Assembly (NCBI GenBank): GCA_963804995.1
Contig: CAWDSK010000006.1
Span: 864,001 to 928,000, forward strand
Length of the DNA stretch: 64,000 bases
Direction: 5' to 3'
Source of the DNA: an uncultured Acidobacteriota bacterium
GTDB taxonomy: Bacteria > Acidobacteriota > Terriglobia > UBA7540
Every line of letters begins with the position of its first letter. Position 1 is the first letter of the stretch. The position numbers and the translations under genes are program-made. Shown one piece after another: positions 1 to 11,295 of the stretch. The notes beneath the pieces are model-generated. The model did no database searches, was not told the origin of the DNA, and worked only from the letters and a program-made list of their open reading frames with translations.

Positions 1-1
1 C

Positions 2-403
2 GTCTGGTTCAGCGTGCACGGAGCCATCGCCGAGCACTATAAGGTAGATCCGGCGATTATCAAGGAGCCCCACGCCTCCACGCTGGATTACGTGATTGCC
101 GCGACCGCCGGTTGAATGATCGGCACCTTCGGGAGCGCGCTGGAAGCGCGTCAAATTGATGCGAGTCATGGCAAGCTCAACGCGGAGGTAACCGGTGAGG
201 TGGAAAAGGAAGACGGCATGCTGGTCATTCGCCGCATTGATGTGGCCATGCGCTTGGTCGCGGCGGAAGCAGTTCGCGAGACGGTTGAGCGTGTTCACGC
301 CATGTACGCGATGCGCTGCCCTCTTTATCGAACGTTGCGCAACGCCATTCAGATTACGTCGTCGTACACCTTGGATACCCCGGCGACGGGTACTGAGAAA
401 TAG
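2..403 (+). CDS. OsmC/Ohr-like redox protein, 5'-partial, in-frame TGA at 113-115 (probable selenocysteine)
   Basis: The frame is open from base 2 (VWFSVHG...STLDYVIAATAG-TGA-MIGTFGSALEAR). The TGA sits at the first catalytic Cys position of OsmC; the second Cys is in RCPLY. Confidence 0.8.
135..151 (+). promoter_or_regulatory. Putative bacterial SECIS hairpin
   Basis: GCGCGCT-GGA-AGCGCGT stem-loop with G in the apical loop, 26 nt after the TGA. Confidence 0.6.
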
Positions 404-444
404 TAAGATCAAAACCAAATTGAACAACAAGGAGAGGAGGAACT

Positions 445-1338
445 GTGATGCGGAACCTACTAATTAAATGGGGCGTGTTTGTACTCGGGGTAGTCGTCAT
501 GCTGGCCTCCACGGTTTTAGTCCCCGCGCAAGGGGGTAAACCTATAAAGGTCTTCATGACCACCGACATGGAGGGTGTAGACGGTGTTTTTGATTTCGAC
601 CTCCAGTGCGAACCCCAGAAGAGCCTGCTTTGGGAAGAGTCGCACAAGCTGCTGACCGATGAAGTGAATGCGGCGGTCAAGGGGCTGTACGAGGGTGGCG
701 CAACAGAAGTATTCATATATGACGGCCACGACAGCGGTCGCAGTCTGTCCGTGCTTGACATTGAACCTCGGGCACGGCTCCTGCAAGGGCGTCCGATCTC
801 CCCTACTGCGGAGCTCGATGCTTCCTTCAACGCCTTTGTCTTCATTGGGCAGCATGCCATGGCGGGCGCGGAAAAGGGGGTGCTTACACATACCGAATCA
901 TTTGACGTCCAGAATGTCTTGGTCAACGGCCGGCCTACGGGCGAGATAGGTCTTTTCGTGATGCTGGCGGGTCAATTGGGTGTCCCCGCGATCATGCTTT
1001 CCGGTGATACGGCTGCCTGCCGAGAGTTTCATGAACTGGTCCCGGAAGGCGAATGCGCGGAGGTAAAGAAGGGCGTTAGCCGCACCGCCGCCTGGATGCT
1101 TTCCCACTCCGCGGCCTGCGCTTTGATTAACGAAACGGCGCGGCGAGCCATGCAGCGCCTACCCCAGATCAAGCCCTATAAGCTCGCCGGACCTGTGGAA
1201 GTGAAAGTTGAGCACACGGTCCAAGGCACGCCACTTAACCCTCCGCACGAAGGAATCGAACGGTTGAACGACCGAACCTGGGTGTTTCGAGCAAAAGACA
1301 TGCTCGAGATGTGTTCGAAATATTTAGGTTGCACCTAA
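445..1338 (+). CDS. M55 family D-aminopeptidase (DppA-like) with Sec-type signal peptide
   Basis: TDMEG, DGH, GQHAMAG, HT and SGD motifs; hydrophobic N-terminus; GGAG RBS. Confidence 0.9.
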   Translation: MMRNLLIKWGVFVLGVVVMLASTVLVPAQGGKPIKVFMTTDMEGVDGVFDFDLQCEPQKSLLWEESHKLLTDEVNAAVKGLYEGGATEVFIYDGHDSGRSLSVLDIEPRARLLQGRPISPTAELDASFNAFVFIGQHAMAGAEKGVLTHTESFDVQNVLVNGRPTGEIGLFVMLAGQLGVPAIMLSGDTAACREFHELVPEGECAEVKKGVSRTAAWMLSHSAACALINETARRAMQRLPQIKPYKLAGPVEVKVEHTVQGTPLNPPHEGIERLNDRTWVFRAKDMLEMCSKYLGCT

Positions 1339-1400
1339 ACGTATGGATCGCTTTCGGGCACGTCATGAGCGAGTGGTGGGGATAGAGTTTACAAAAAGAC

Positions 1401-1425
1401 ACCCGGCGAGCCATGCCCGCCGGGT
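1401..1425. terminator. Hairpin between convergent genes
   Basis: ACCCGGCG...CGCCGGGT stem flanked by A runs. Confidence 0.4.
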
Positions 1426-1545
1426 AAAACGAGAATGCATGAAAGAGCTATTGGCTAAATGCCACGCCATTAAAGGCAGCGACGCCGATTGAGTTTGACG
1501 TTGCCACAGGTGTGAGGTCGCCGTAAGTGTCGATGGCGAAGATTT

Positions 1546-1923
1546 TCAAATTCTGGCATTCGGGTCCGTGGGCAAGGGCACCCGGGCGATCGCGAGCCCG
1601 CATCGCCGTTCTTGTTCCGTGGCTTTAACCCCCGCGTACTCTGGACAAATGGAGCTGACCTTCATGGCACTCATGGCCTTCGCGATGCCAAGCGGGTAGG
1701 GTGGGTAAAGGATGGCGTGCCAGTGGTCGGGGAGAAAGACCCAGGCGGTCAGCGAGAAGCCATGCTTCTGGCGCATCCGCGCCAGCGCCACGGCCAGCAG
1801 GGTGTAACCGTGATCCGTCAACTTGGTCCTTGAGGGCAGCAACTTGACTGTTACGAAGAAGAAGCGATCGTAAAGGAAGGGGCGCGTATTCTGGACACGT
1901 GATAAATCGTGTTCTTTCGGCAA
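1546..1923 (-). pseudogene. REP-associated tyrosine (Y1/HUH) transposase remnant
   Basis: FFVTV...AWVFLPDHWHAIL HUH motif. The ORF is short and the C-terminal Y1 helix appears to be missing. Confidence 0.7.
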
Positions 1924-2968
1924 AGCTGCGTGACTTGACCTGACGAAAAGTTGCTAACAGAGGTCTGTTTTCTGCCCAGCGGAGGGTTGAACAGGCTGAG
2001 GGGGTGAGAATCTCGCCAAACCACCTATGTTGTAAGTAATTCTTGAGCGTGCATTGCACGCTCGATGTCGACTGCTACCAATAGCCATCTCATTTGCTGC
2101 ACAATTAGGGTGGTGGTAGACTGCGCCGGACGTAAGGCATACACGCGCTCGACCACTGTGTTCGAAGGTAGCGCATCGAGCCCGAGGAGCTTAACCGTTG
2201 CGTTGTCGCGTACGCCTCGAAATGTCCCGCCTAGAGGAGAAGAGGTGTATACTCGCCCGCGAATTAGGTTTCCCCAATGGGGATCCGAGGGAGAGGAACT
2301 GGCCACACATGGTTATGCGTCTCCCAGACTGGCATGGCCGCGAAGTTGACGCGGTTCGCAGCAGAGGCGGCGTGTGGGCTTTCCCTGACTTTTCTGACAA
2401 CGTCATAAGAAGCGTACCCGGCCACTGGCCGCCCCCAGAACTCGTTCAGAAGCTCTGCCAGAGTAAACAGTTATCTGCCTTCTTGCCTGAAGATCAGTCG
2501 CTTCTGACCCACAAGCTGAACCAACACTCTTTAGCCCTCCAGACAAGCATAGGGAGATGCTGGCGTTGGCCATGGACCTTGACCGGAAGAAACCGCGCAG
2601 AGAGACGCTCGCCAGGTTGGATAGAGCCGATTGCTGAGTTCATGCGAGTGCCGGAAGAGCTCGCTGGCGGGGTAAGTTCATGGATTTGGAGTAATCCGTC
2701 CCGATGTCCAGGGCTCCGACTGCTTCGAGAGATGGGAATGGTGATAAGCCAAAATGCTAGCTACGCTTCGCGGAAGGACGACCTTTTTGACCTACCGCAA
2801 ATACTCGCCATCCCTTACGTAGACGCGATAACGCTCAACAGAACTATGGCCGACTATTTTTCTAGGTTGAAGAGGGCACGCAGAAATCACAGCCCCCAAT
2901 TCGGCCTCCCTTGTAAAGTGTTTAGGAACACCAGCGACCTTCTTCACTGGGTGAATTGAATCTTTTGT

Positions 2969-4120
2969 ATGGACAATGACATGCGTGCCCCCCATCTGTT
3001 GTCAGACCCTACGGAAGCCGAATGCAAGTTCACCATGGATGGCGGGCCTGGACCGGAAGTCGTGATCAACGGGAGGCGGTATCTCTACTTCGGGGGCACG
3101 GGATATTTCAGTTTCCAAACGCATCCCGAGATTGTCCAGACAGCGCAGGCGGGCCTCGCCGACTTCGGGATGTGCACGGCGAGTTCGCGAAGCATCTTCG
3201 GGACCTCTCCCCTCCTCCTGCAAGTTGAACAAAAAGCCCGCGACTTCTTTGGCAGCAAGGACGCGATCTATCTGCCTTCGGGATACCTCATTAACGTCGC
3301 CGGCTTCCAGGCTTTGGTGAAGTTGAATCGCTTTGACGCCATGTTTGTGGATGAACTCGCGCATTGGAGCATCACCGATTTTATATACGCGGTGCAAAAA
3401 TCCGTCTTCACTTTTGCCCACGGGGATGCTGAAGATCTGGACCGAAAACTCAAGTCCAACCTGCAGCCAGGCCAAAGACCCTTGGTGGCGAGCGACGGTG
3501 TTTTCCCAACTTTCGGAGATATCGCCCCCCTGCCCGCGTACTTTGATCTGGTGGAACTTTACGACGGATGTATATGGATGGATGATTGTCATGCAGTCGG
3601 AGTGCTGGGCGAAAACGGACGTGGAACCTGCGAGTATTATGGGATGCGCTCCGATCGAGTGTACTTTGGTGGGACCCTGAGCAAGGCTGTGGGCGCCTAC
3701 GGGGGAATTATTCCGGGCACAGGAGAGTTCGTCCAAGCCATTCGCTCCGGCCATATCGCAAATGGCGCGAATCCATGCTTATCCGCTGCAGCCGCCGCCG
3801 CGGTAAAAGGGCTGGAGCTTATGATGTCCCTGCCGGATCTCCGCCAGCAGCTTTGGCGCAATGCCCGTCGCCTCAAGAGCGGTCTGACAGCCCTGGGATT
3901 CTCCCAGGATGACACACCGGTGCCCGTGGCGGCGTGGGCGCTGAGGACGAGCGAGGACATGGACCGCGTTCATGCCGCCCTGATGGAGCGAGGAATAGCG
4001 ATACAGCGGATGCACTACGTCGGCACGAGCCCAAAGGGGCTTTTGCGCGCTGTTGTGTTTGCCAATCACACGCCGGAACAGATCGATCGTATGCTCAACG
4101 AATTAAGGTCGCTGGTATGA
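2969..4120 (+). CDS. PLP-dependent class II aminotransferase (8-amino-7-oxononanoate synthase-like)
   Basis: SGY, DELAHWSI, DGVF, DDCHAVGVLG and GTLSKA (PLP lysine) motifs. Confidence 0.85.
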   Translation: MDNDMRAPHLLSDPTEAECKFTMDGGPGPEVVINGRRYLYFGGTGYFSFQTHPEIVQTAQAGLADFGMCTASSRSIFGTSPLLLQVEQKARDFFGSKDAIYLPSGYLINVAGFQALVKLNRFDAMFVDELAHWSITDFIYAVQKSVFTFAHGDAEDLDRKLKSNLQPGQRPLVASDGVFPTFGDIAPLPAYFDLVELYDGCIWMDDCHAVGVLGENGRGTCEYYGMRSDRVYFGGTLSKAVGAYGGIIPGTGEFVQAIRSGHIANGANPCLSAAAAAAVKGLELMMSLPDLRQQLWRNARRLKSGLTALGFSQDDTPVPVAAWALRTSEDMDRVHAALMERGIAIQRMHYVGTSPKGLLRAVVFANHTPEQIDRMLNELRSLV

Positions 4121-4173
4121 ATTTGTGGCCAGGGACTTCCCTGGCAAGCTGGGGCGTGCGGGAGGAATGTGAA

Positions 4174-5394
4174 ATGACATTACGAAAACGTGACCCCAAG
4201 GGTTCGGGAGGTACGGGGCTAGCCCCGAATCTTGTGGGAGCGGTGGTGCCGGCACTGGCAGAAGCCCAGTGGGCATCCGGCGCGACGCCCAAGCAGGTGC
4301 GGATTTCGGACCTGGAAGTTTTCCCATTCACGATGGAGTCCAAGCAGGAGACTCGAATCGCCCTGGGCACGCTGAGAGCAGAAAACGTTCTGGTCCGCTT
4401 ACGTACCGAAGATGGTCTGGTGGGCTGGGGGGAATCTTCTCCCTATGCTCCAGTAACCGGTGACACACAGGCCACCAATCTGGCAGCGGCGAAAATGTTC
4501 GCCGGTATTGTGAAGGGGAAGGATCCCTTTGATCTGGGCCGCATCGTTGCCGAAATGGAAGCGGCCACAACTAGTGAACCGGGCATCAAAGCGGCGGTTG
4601 AGATGGCAATTTGGGACATCTGCGGCAAATTAGCGAACCGCCCCGTGCGTTGCCTGTTGGGGAACTACCGAGACTCATTCGAAACCGATTTAACGGTATA
4701 CCTGGATGAGCCGTGCGTCATGGCTGAGAAGGCGGTATCTGTCGTGAATCAAGGCTTCAAGTCCGTCAAGGTGAAACTGGGTGAGACCGCCTTGGCGGAT
4801 ATCGAGCGCATACGCTGCGTGCGCGAGAAGATCGGCAGGGAAGCGAGGATTTGCATTGACGCCAATCAGGGATGGAGCCCCAGCGAGGCGGTGCGTACCC
4901 TAAGGGCCATTGATGCCTATGATGTGCAATTCTGCGAGCAGCCAGTGCCCTATTGGGATTGGGAAGGCTTGCGGTTCGTTCGGGAGCATTCTCCCATCGC
5001 CATTATGGCTGATGAGTCGGTGCACAGCCCGCACGACGCGATCACGGCAGTCCGCCGCGACGCCGTCGACATGATAAACATTAAGCTGATGAAGTCGGGC
5101 GGTATCCTTCAGGCGGTATGCATCGCCTGCATTGCCCATGCGGCCGGTATGGCTTGCATGCTGGGCTGTATGAGCGAAACGCGGGTGGCGCTCACTGCCG
5201 CCTCGCACGTCGTCTGCTCGCAGCGGAATGTGCTATGGGCGGACCTGGACTCCTTCATGGAACATAAGGTCGATCCGGTCATCGGCGGCATGGTATTGAA
5301 GAATGGGATAATTCACGCACCCACCACACCGGGGTTGGGCCTGGACATCGATCCGGCGTGGCTGAAAACGCTTCGTGGGGTTCGCATCGCTTAA
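4174..5394 (+). CDS. Dipeptide epimerase (L-Ala-D/L-Glu epimerase-like, enolase superfamily)
   Basis: KVK, DANQ, EQP, DES, NIKLMK and DLD motifs; GGAGG before ATG 4174. Confidence 0.85.
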   Translation: MTLRKRDPKGSGGTGLAPNLVGAVVPALAEAQWASGATPKQVRISDLEVFPFTMESKQETRIALGTLRAENVLVRLRTEDGLVGWGESSPYAPVTGDTQATNLAAAKMFAGIVKGKDPFDLGRIVAEMEAATTSEPGIKAAVEMAIWDICGKLANRPVRCLLGNYRDSFETDLTVYLDEPCVMAEKAVSVVNQGFKSVKVKLGETALADIERIRCVREKIGREARICIDANQGWSPSEAVRTLRAIDAYDVQFCEQPVPYWDWEGLRFVREHSPIAIMADESVHSPHDAITAVRRDAVDMINIKLMKSGGILQAVCIACIAHAAGMACMLGCMSETRVALTAASHVVCSQRNVLWADLDSFMEHKVDPVIGGMVLKNGIIHAPTTPGLGLDIDPAWLKTLRGVRIA

Positions 5395-5469
5395 CCAAGC
5401 TTCCCTTGTTGCCGAATCGGTACCATCGCATGTGCGATAGATGCGATAGAATCGACCGTAGATCAACGC

Positions 5470-6478
5470 TAGAGCGTTTCCATAAATAATATAGCTTGCA
5501 AAGAGCGGACTTCTGTGGCAGAGTGCGCTCATGCGAGCCATACCGATTCCCCTCCGCAAGCGCATTCTGGAACTCTATGAACGCGGCCGGAGTACGCAGG
5601 AGATCGCGCAGTTTTCGGGCTTCTGTATCGCGGCGGTGCGTCGTGTGCGCCAGCGGTTTGGCGAGCGCGGCACGCTGGAACCCCGGACGTATTTATGTGG
5701 ACGCAAGACGTTGCTCACCGAAGAGCGAAAACAACGTCTGCACCAACTTCTATCCGGACAGCCCGACGCCACGCTGGCCGAGTTGGGCGCGGGCTTGGAT
5801 CGCCCCTTCCGCACTTCCACGATCGATCTCTGGCTGCGGCGGCTGGGTTGGAAGTTTAAAAAAAACTCTGGCCGCCGCCGAACAAGAACGTCCCAACGTC
5901 GCCGAAAAAAGGGCGCGCTGGCATGAGGAGTTGGCTGCCGAGCCCACGGCCCATCTGGTGTTTGTGGACGAAAGCGGAGCCAACACCAAGATGACGCGCC
6001 TGCGGGGCCGTGCGCTGGGTGGGCAAAGACTGTTGGCGCGCCTTCCGCACGGACACTATCAGACCAGCACCTTGATCTCCGGCATTCGTCTGGAGGGTCC
6101 CTGCGCTCCTTGGCTTTTTGAAGGCCCCATGAACGGTGAAATGTTTTTGGCGTGGGTGACGCAAGGGCTCGCGCCTACCCTGCGCCCTGGCGAGGTGGTG
6201 ATTCTGGATAATCTGGCCACGCACAAAATCCGGGGAGTCCGGGAAGCCCTCGAAGCCGCCGGCGCCCGACTGCTCTATCTGCCCCCCTATTCGCCGGACT
6301 TCAATCCCATCGAGCCCATGTGGAGCAAGATCAAACAAATCCTGCGCGGCCACGCTCCCCGGACCGACGAACAACTGCTGCGTGCAGCGAAAAAGGCCTT
6401 CCAGTCCATTTCCGTCGCAGACTGCAAAGGCTTCTTTTTTAGTGCCCAATACGCTACATTATAAATGGAAATGCTCTA
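5470..6478 (+). mobile_element. IS630-family insertion sequence
   Basis: Terminal IRs TAGAGCGTTTCCAT and ATGGAAATGCTCTA in CTAG context. HTH ORF 5531-5926 and DDE ORF (FVDESG, LDNL, YSPDFNPIE) ending 6464, joined at an A8 run (5858-5865). Confidence 0.92.
5531..6464 (+). CDS. IS630 transposase (two overlapping frames)
   Basis: HTH and DDE domains in different frames around TTTAAAAAAAAC. Confidence 0.85.
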
Positions 6479-6987
6479 GCATCAAGAGGTCTGCGGGTCC
6501 GAAGAAGGCGAAATCTCGTGCAAGATGGGGCTTTGGGTATGGGCGGATTGGGATCTGGCTCAGCACGCATTGCCAGTCTCAGTCGAGTGTCGGGAACCAG
6601 CTATGCCGCAATACCGGGAGTACCTGAAGCGGCGAGGAATTTGTGTGTTGCTGCCCAGCATTCTGCGGGGATCACCATCGGTGAGTAAGGAACCCTGTAC
6701 ATCGTAAAACTGATGCTTGCTATGAGTCGATAAAGAAGGGAGAGCTGTGCAGGTGGGCTGTCGCCACAGCATCGTCTGGCATCTCCTCACCAGCGATTGT
6801 GCCCTTGGTCCGCATCCTTGCAAGCCGGGGCGTGCTTTCCCCGGCTGTCAAAACATTTGGAAAAATCGCGAGGGGCACGACATCGCGCCACAACAAGAAG
6901 GCTCGTGAAAGAGCGGTGATGCTGCTGAAAGCTGGCCGTTTTCTCAGGCGCCGCCTTTGTGACGACACACATAGGCTTCGTCAGCCC

Positions 6988-7917
6988 TTAGAAGACACTG
7001 CACTTCAGCCAAGCATCGACGAGATCCTTTCCCCGGTATACATAGGTCCGGTCGTCCAACCGCTCAACGCCTTCGCGCTCCCGGTAAACCGGCATGCCTT
7101 GTACTGTGAACTCAACCTTGAATTCCACTGGCCCGGAGACCTTGTAAGGTTTGAACTCTGGGAGTCGTTCTACAGCGCGGCGCGCCTTTTCGCGAATCAA
7201 TGAATACGCGGCCTGATCCGAGAGCGAAATTCCTCCCGTCCGGCTTAAACCTGTCTTCACCGCTGCACACTCGGCATTGGGGACCAGTTGTTGCAGTTCC
7301 TGGCAAGCTGCCGCGTCCCCGGCAAGCATGATTACCGGTACTCCGAAGTAGCCCGCAAACGCCGCTGTGGACCCGATTTCACCGATGATCTGGTTATTCA
7401 ACCACATATTTTGAATCTCAAAAGCATAGCTGTGGCTTATGACTCCGTTTTTGGCGCCTGCCATCGGATGTTGGCCGATGAAGATCATGGCGCTGTAAGA
7501 AGAGTCTAACCCAAGAGTGGCCGGGATACCTACACCCTGAAGTAATCGTGCTCGCGGGTCAATTGTTTCCGTTGAAAGTGAGCGACTACTGTCATGGAGA
7601 TCGGCCACAATGACTTCCGTCGCGCCACCAGCACACAGCCCCTCAACAGCGGCGTTGACCTCACCCGTCAGCAACTTCTGGGACTCTGCCCACCGAGCGC
7701 TCTTGAACGGTTGACACTGGTCTTCCCAGTTGAAAATGCCGTGTACACCTTCCATATCGGTGACCATGTAAACCTTTACCGACTTCGCTTGTGCTGTAGA
7801 CGTTGAGGGCGGTTCCAAAAGACCGCTCGGGTTAGTGGCACCGGCGGCAAGACCAACTCCGGCTACTGCGCTCGTTTTAAAAAATTCGCGTCGGTTTACA
7901 GCGGATTCCTCAGACAT
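6988..7917 (-). CDS. M55 family D-aminopeptidase with Tat signal
   Basis: NRREFFK twin-arginine motif; TDMEG, DLH, GQHPMAG and SHS motifs; GGAGGAG RBS. Confidence 0.9.
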   Translation of the reverse strand: MSEESAVNRREFFKTSAVAGVGLAAGATNPSGLLEPPSTSTAQAKSVKVYMVTDMEGVHGIFNWEDQCQPFKSARWAESQKLLTGEVNAAVEGLCAGGATEVIVADLHDSSRSLSTETIDPRARLLQGVGIPATLGLDSSYSAMIFIGQHPMAGAKNGVISHSYAFEIQNMWLNNQIIGEIGSTAAFAGYFGVPVIMLAGDAAACQELQQLVPNAECAAVKTGLSRTGGISLSDQAAYSLIREKARRAVERLPEFKPYKVSGPVEFKVEFTVQGMPVYREREGVERLDDRTYVYRGKDLVDAWLKCSVF

Positions 7918-8039
7918 ATGTTCTCCTCCCTTTGCTGTACTCATCCATTATTGTGGTTTCGAGGCGTCATCTGCGCCCGGTTCGCTGAACCGGTGACGGC
8001 AGGGATCCATCCAACAAACGCTGGCCACGGAGCGAGTTA

Positions 8040-8376
8040 CATTGTATCTCCTTTCCCACCTCCCGCTCGAGATCGGACCATCCTAACCCGGGTAGACTAG
8101 AAAATTGTCGCCGGGGGGAAATACGTGTCGGAGTGCCGTCCAGAGCTTGTCGGGCCGACCCGGCGACGCTTTTGGAGCAGATATGCGAGCGCGTCCGCAT
8201 TGGACAGATCGCTCCAGAAGATTGTCGCCGGCCTCGGTCAATCGCTGGATGGAGGTGCCGCCGGCCAGAGCGATCTTGAGTTCTGGAGCATAGGTACTTA
8301 GCGCGGTCATAACGCCGTCCATGGATTCCTTGTCCCACTCATCAAAAGCGATGTAGGTCAACATTTCCGTTTTCAA
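8040..8376 (-). pseudogene. Fragment of a DUF4091/GH123-like glycoside hydrolase
   Basis: IAFDE...APELKIALAG and FPPGDNFLVYPG segments; truncated. Confidence 0.5.
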
Positions 8377-8790
8377 ATCTCAACCGACGCATAACATACA
8401 CCTGCCTGCCCCTGCATGCAATCGCGCGCCCGCGTCGTGCGGGCGGTTCCGGTATCGACCGCCTCGGCGACGGCTGGAAAAGCCCGTCGTGCTGTTGTCT
8501 GATGACGCTGGGTTGGGAGCTGTGACGAACGTGTCACGGACGATTCCAAACTGCTTAGCGAAGGATGTAGGTTTTCCAGGCAAGCCCTGCACTCGGTCAG
8601 TCCTTTCCCGCCCACCCCAAGGGGTAAGGTCCGTTCATTTGTCACACGATCTCAATGAGAATCACGATGCGACGTGAAAAACTCAAAGCGGCAGGCGCAC
8701 TGTCTTTCTGCGAAGGATGCTGGAGTCCTGCACTACAGGCAGTTTCCCCCCCCAAGGATTTTCGCTCTCTCTAAATCGCCCTTGCGATCC

Positions 8791-9675
8791 TTACTCGGGC
8801 AGGTACTTTAACCAGGCCTCGAGAAAGTTCTTCCCGTGGAAGACCCAGGTTCGCTCATCCAATCGTTCGACTCCGTTGCCGGTCCGCCAGCGGCTGGTTC
8901 CACGTGTAGTGATTTCCACCTTCATGTCCACCGCCCCCGACATCTTGTAGGGCTTCATTTCTCCGAGCCGTTCCATCGCCCGCTGTGCCTTCTCGCGAAT
9001 CAGCTTGCAAGCAGTAGGGTGCGGCAGCATATACCCCGCTGTGCGACCGACGCCGGACTTCACTTCTGCACACTCGGCTTGCGGCGCAGTATCGTGTAGT
9101 TCGCGGCAGGCAGCCGCGTCACCGGAAAGCATTGCGACCGGAATTCCAAACTCTCCCGCCAGCATGTTGGTGGTGCCGATTTCACCCTCCGGCGTACCAT
9201 TCACCCACATGTTCTGGATTCCCAGCGAACTATAGCTGTGGCTCAGAATTCCATCCTTAGCTCCGGCCATGGCGTGCTGGCCAATGAAAACGACAGCGCT
9301 ATAAGATGAATCAAGCCCCATGGTCGGTGGAATGGGGCTGCCTGTAAGCAATCTACATCTCGGATTGATATCAAGCACGGAGAGCGTTTGTGAGCCGTCG
9401 TGCCCGTCGTACACAATGACCTCCGTCGCGCCGCCGGCGAATAACCCATCCACCGCCGCGTTGATTTCGCCGGTCAACAGGTTGCGTGATTCTTCAAATC
9501 GCCTGCTACGGCCTGGCATGCACTGCAAATCACTGTCGAAAATTCCGCTCACGCCTTCCATGTCGGTAACCACGAAGACCTTCTTCGGTAGCGTGGCCTG
9601 CCCAAAACCCGAGCCTACTAATACCGAACTCATCAATAGGCAATATCCGGCGAAGATCCTTTTCTCCTTCGACAT
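8791..9675 (-). CDS. M55 family D-aminopeptidase with signal peptide
   Basis: TDMEG, DGH, GQHAMAG and SHS motifs; GAGGTG RBS before MSKEK. Confidence 0.9.
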   Translation of the reverse strand: MSKEKRIFAGYCLLMSSVLVGSGFGQATLPKKVFVVTDMEGVSGIFDSDLQCMPGRSRRFEESRNLLTGEINAAVDGLFAGGATEVIVYDGHDGSQTLSVLDINPRCRLLTGSPIPPTMGLDSSYSAVVFIGQHAMAGAKDGILSHSYSSLGIQNMWVNGTPEGEIGTTNMLAGEFGIPVAMLSGDAAACRELHDTAPQAECAEVKSGVGRTAGYMLPHPTACKLIREKAQRAMERLGEMKPYKMSGAVDMKVEITTRGTSRWRTGNGVERLDERTWVFHGKNFLEAWLKYLPE

Positions 9676-9911
9676 GGTTTTGTCACCTCGTTTCAGTGGA
9701 ATGTTGACGCGACTCTGGTTTCCCCAAAAATCGTTTGCCCGCCGCCCAGCCGGGGAAGTGTCAGCGCCACTGCTACGGCTCATTGGCCAAATCTTTACTT
9801 CTCGGGCTCACAACGCGCACGTATTAGGCGCCAACGGCAGCACATTGTACATCTGTTTTTTTCTTCCATAGATGCGCTGTTGACCGGTCCCAGTCACTTC
9901 AGACACAATAA

Positions 9912-11186
9912 GTGCGCAAGTGGCGTTTGGCTCCGCCGGTGACCGACACCAGCCGGGACCACTTTCCTCTGAACCAGCAGTCATGGCAGAGACAGATGCC
10001 GCGAAAGGTGTATATGGATTCCGTTGGTGTCATTCTCTATTGCTTTTTCGTCGTATTGTTTCCGGCGGGTGGGGGGGCCCAGAAACCCGGACCTGATCCC
10101 AGCGCGCTGTTCGCAGAGGCCCAGCGAGCCCTCCTCGCGCACGACTACGCCAAGGCAGAGCGGGGCTTCCAAGAGGTCCTGAAAATCAATCCGCGGTCCG
10201 CCGGGGCTTATTCGAATCTGGGCGTGGTTGAGATGCGTCTGGGCAGGTACAACTCCGCCATCCAGGCTTTCCAGGAAGCCAAAAAACTCGAGCCTCAATT
10301 GATAGGGTTCGACCTGAACCTGGGCCTGGCTTATTACCGCAAACAGGACTATGCCAATGCTATTCCCGCATTCGCGCGGGTGCTGCAATCCAACCCTGAG
10401 CACGCACAGGCGCGCTATCTGCTGGGCATGAGTTACTTTATGCAGGACGACTTCGAGCGTGCGGTCGCTACACTTGAGCCGCTTTCGGGCGAAGAGAAGA
10501 ACAATCTTGATTACCTCTTCGTGCTGGGCGTTGCCTATGACAAGGTCAAGCGGCCTGCGGACTCCCAGCAGACCTTTGAGCAGATGATTCGCGCAGGAGG
10601 CGACACCGCTCATCTGCACTTGCTTCTGGGGAAGGCCTACCTGGACAATTCACAGACTTCCAGGGCCGAGACTGAACTGGAGAAAGCAGTGGCACTTGAT
10701 CCCAAGCTGCCCTCCGCTCACTACAATCTGGGTGTGGCCTATCAGCGCGAGGGGAAGTTAGATCAAGCGGCAGCACAATTCAAACAAGAAATGCCGCTCA
10801 CTCCGGATCATCCTTGGAGCTTTGAGAATCTAGGCGCTGTCTATCTCGATCAGGAAAAGCCCGACGAAGCCATCGAGGTGTTTCGCAAAGCGCTCGACAT
10901 TGATCCCAAGCTCCCCTATTCGATCGACGGAATTGGCAAGGCCTATTTGCTGAAGGGCCAGCCGGAGAAAGCCCTACCTTACCTCCAGCGCGCGGTGGGA
11001 CTGATGCCAGACAGTGCCCTGATGCACTTCCAATTAGGTCAGGCCTATCTGAAAACCGGTCAGCGCGAAAAGGGCCAGAAGGAAATCGTCGTGGCAGGAC
11101 AGCTCCAAGAGAAGGCTCGGAAGAAATTCGAGGAGACACTATCGGGGAAGTTACCCGCTCCGGAAGCTCCCGGGGAGGACCGATAG
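9912..11186 (+). CDS. Exported tetratricopeptide-repeat protein (start uncertain)
   Basis: Many TPR units (AYSNLG, AHYNLG, MHFQLG). Confidence 0.88.
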   Translation: MRKWRLAPPVTDTSRDHFPLNQQSWQRQMPRKVYMDSVGVILYCFFVVLFPAGGGAQKPGPDPSALFAEAQRALLAHDYAKAERGFQEVLKINPRSAGAYSNLGVVEMRLGRYNSAIQAFQEAKKLEPQLIGFDLNLGLAYYRKQDYANAIPAFARVLQSNPEHAQARYLLGMSYFMQDDFERAVATLEPLSGEEKNNLDYLFVLGVAYDKVKRPADSQQTFEQMIRAGGDTAHLHLLLGKAYLDNSQTSRAETELEKAVALDPKLPSAHYNLGVAYQREGKLDQAAAQFKQEMPLTPDHPWSFENLGAVYLDQEKPDEAIEVFRKALDIDPKLPYSIDGIGKAYLLKGQPEKALPYLQRAVGLMPDSALMHFQLGQAYLKTGQREKGQKEIVVAGQLQEKARKKFEETLSGKLPAPEAPGEDR

Positions 11187-11295
11187 GCAAGTGCGAAGCC
11201 GGACACAGCGTACAGGGGATTTCGTCAAGTCGAACTTGGTCTTCCTGTGGCCCCTATTGACAACCTGAGAAAGGTCTTTTTAGCAAGCTTACAGG

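Noticed and set aside
2198..2959. 253-aa ORF
   Set aside because: It looks like a mosaic of decayed fragments, with only a weak PIN-like C-terminal string, so no supportable call.
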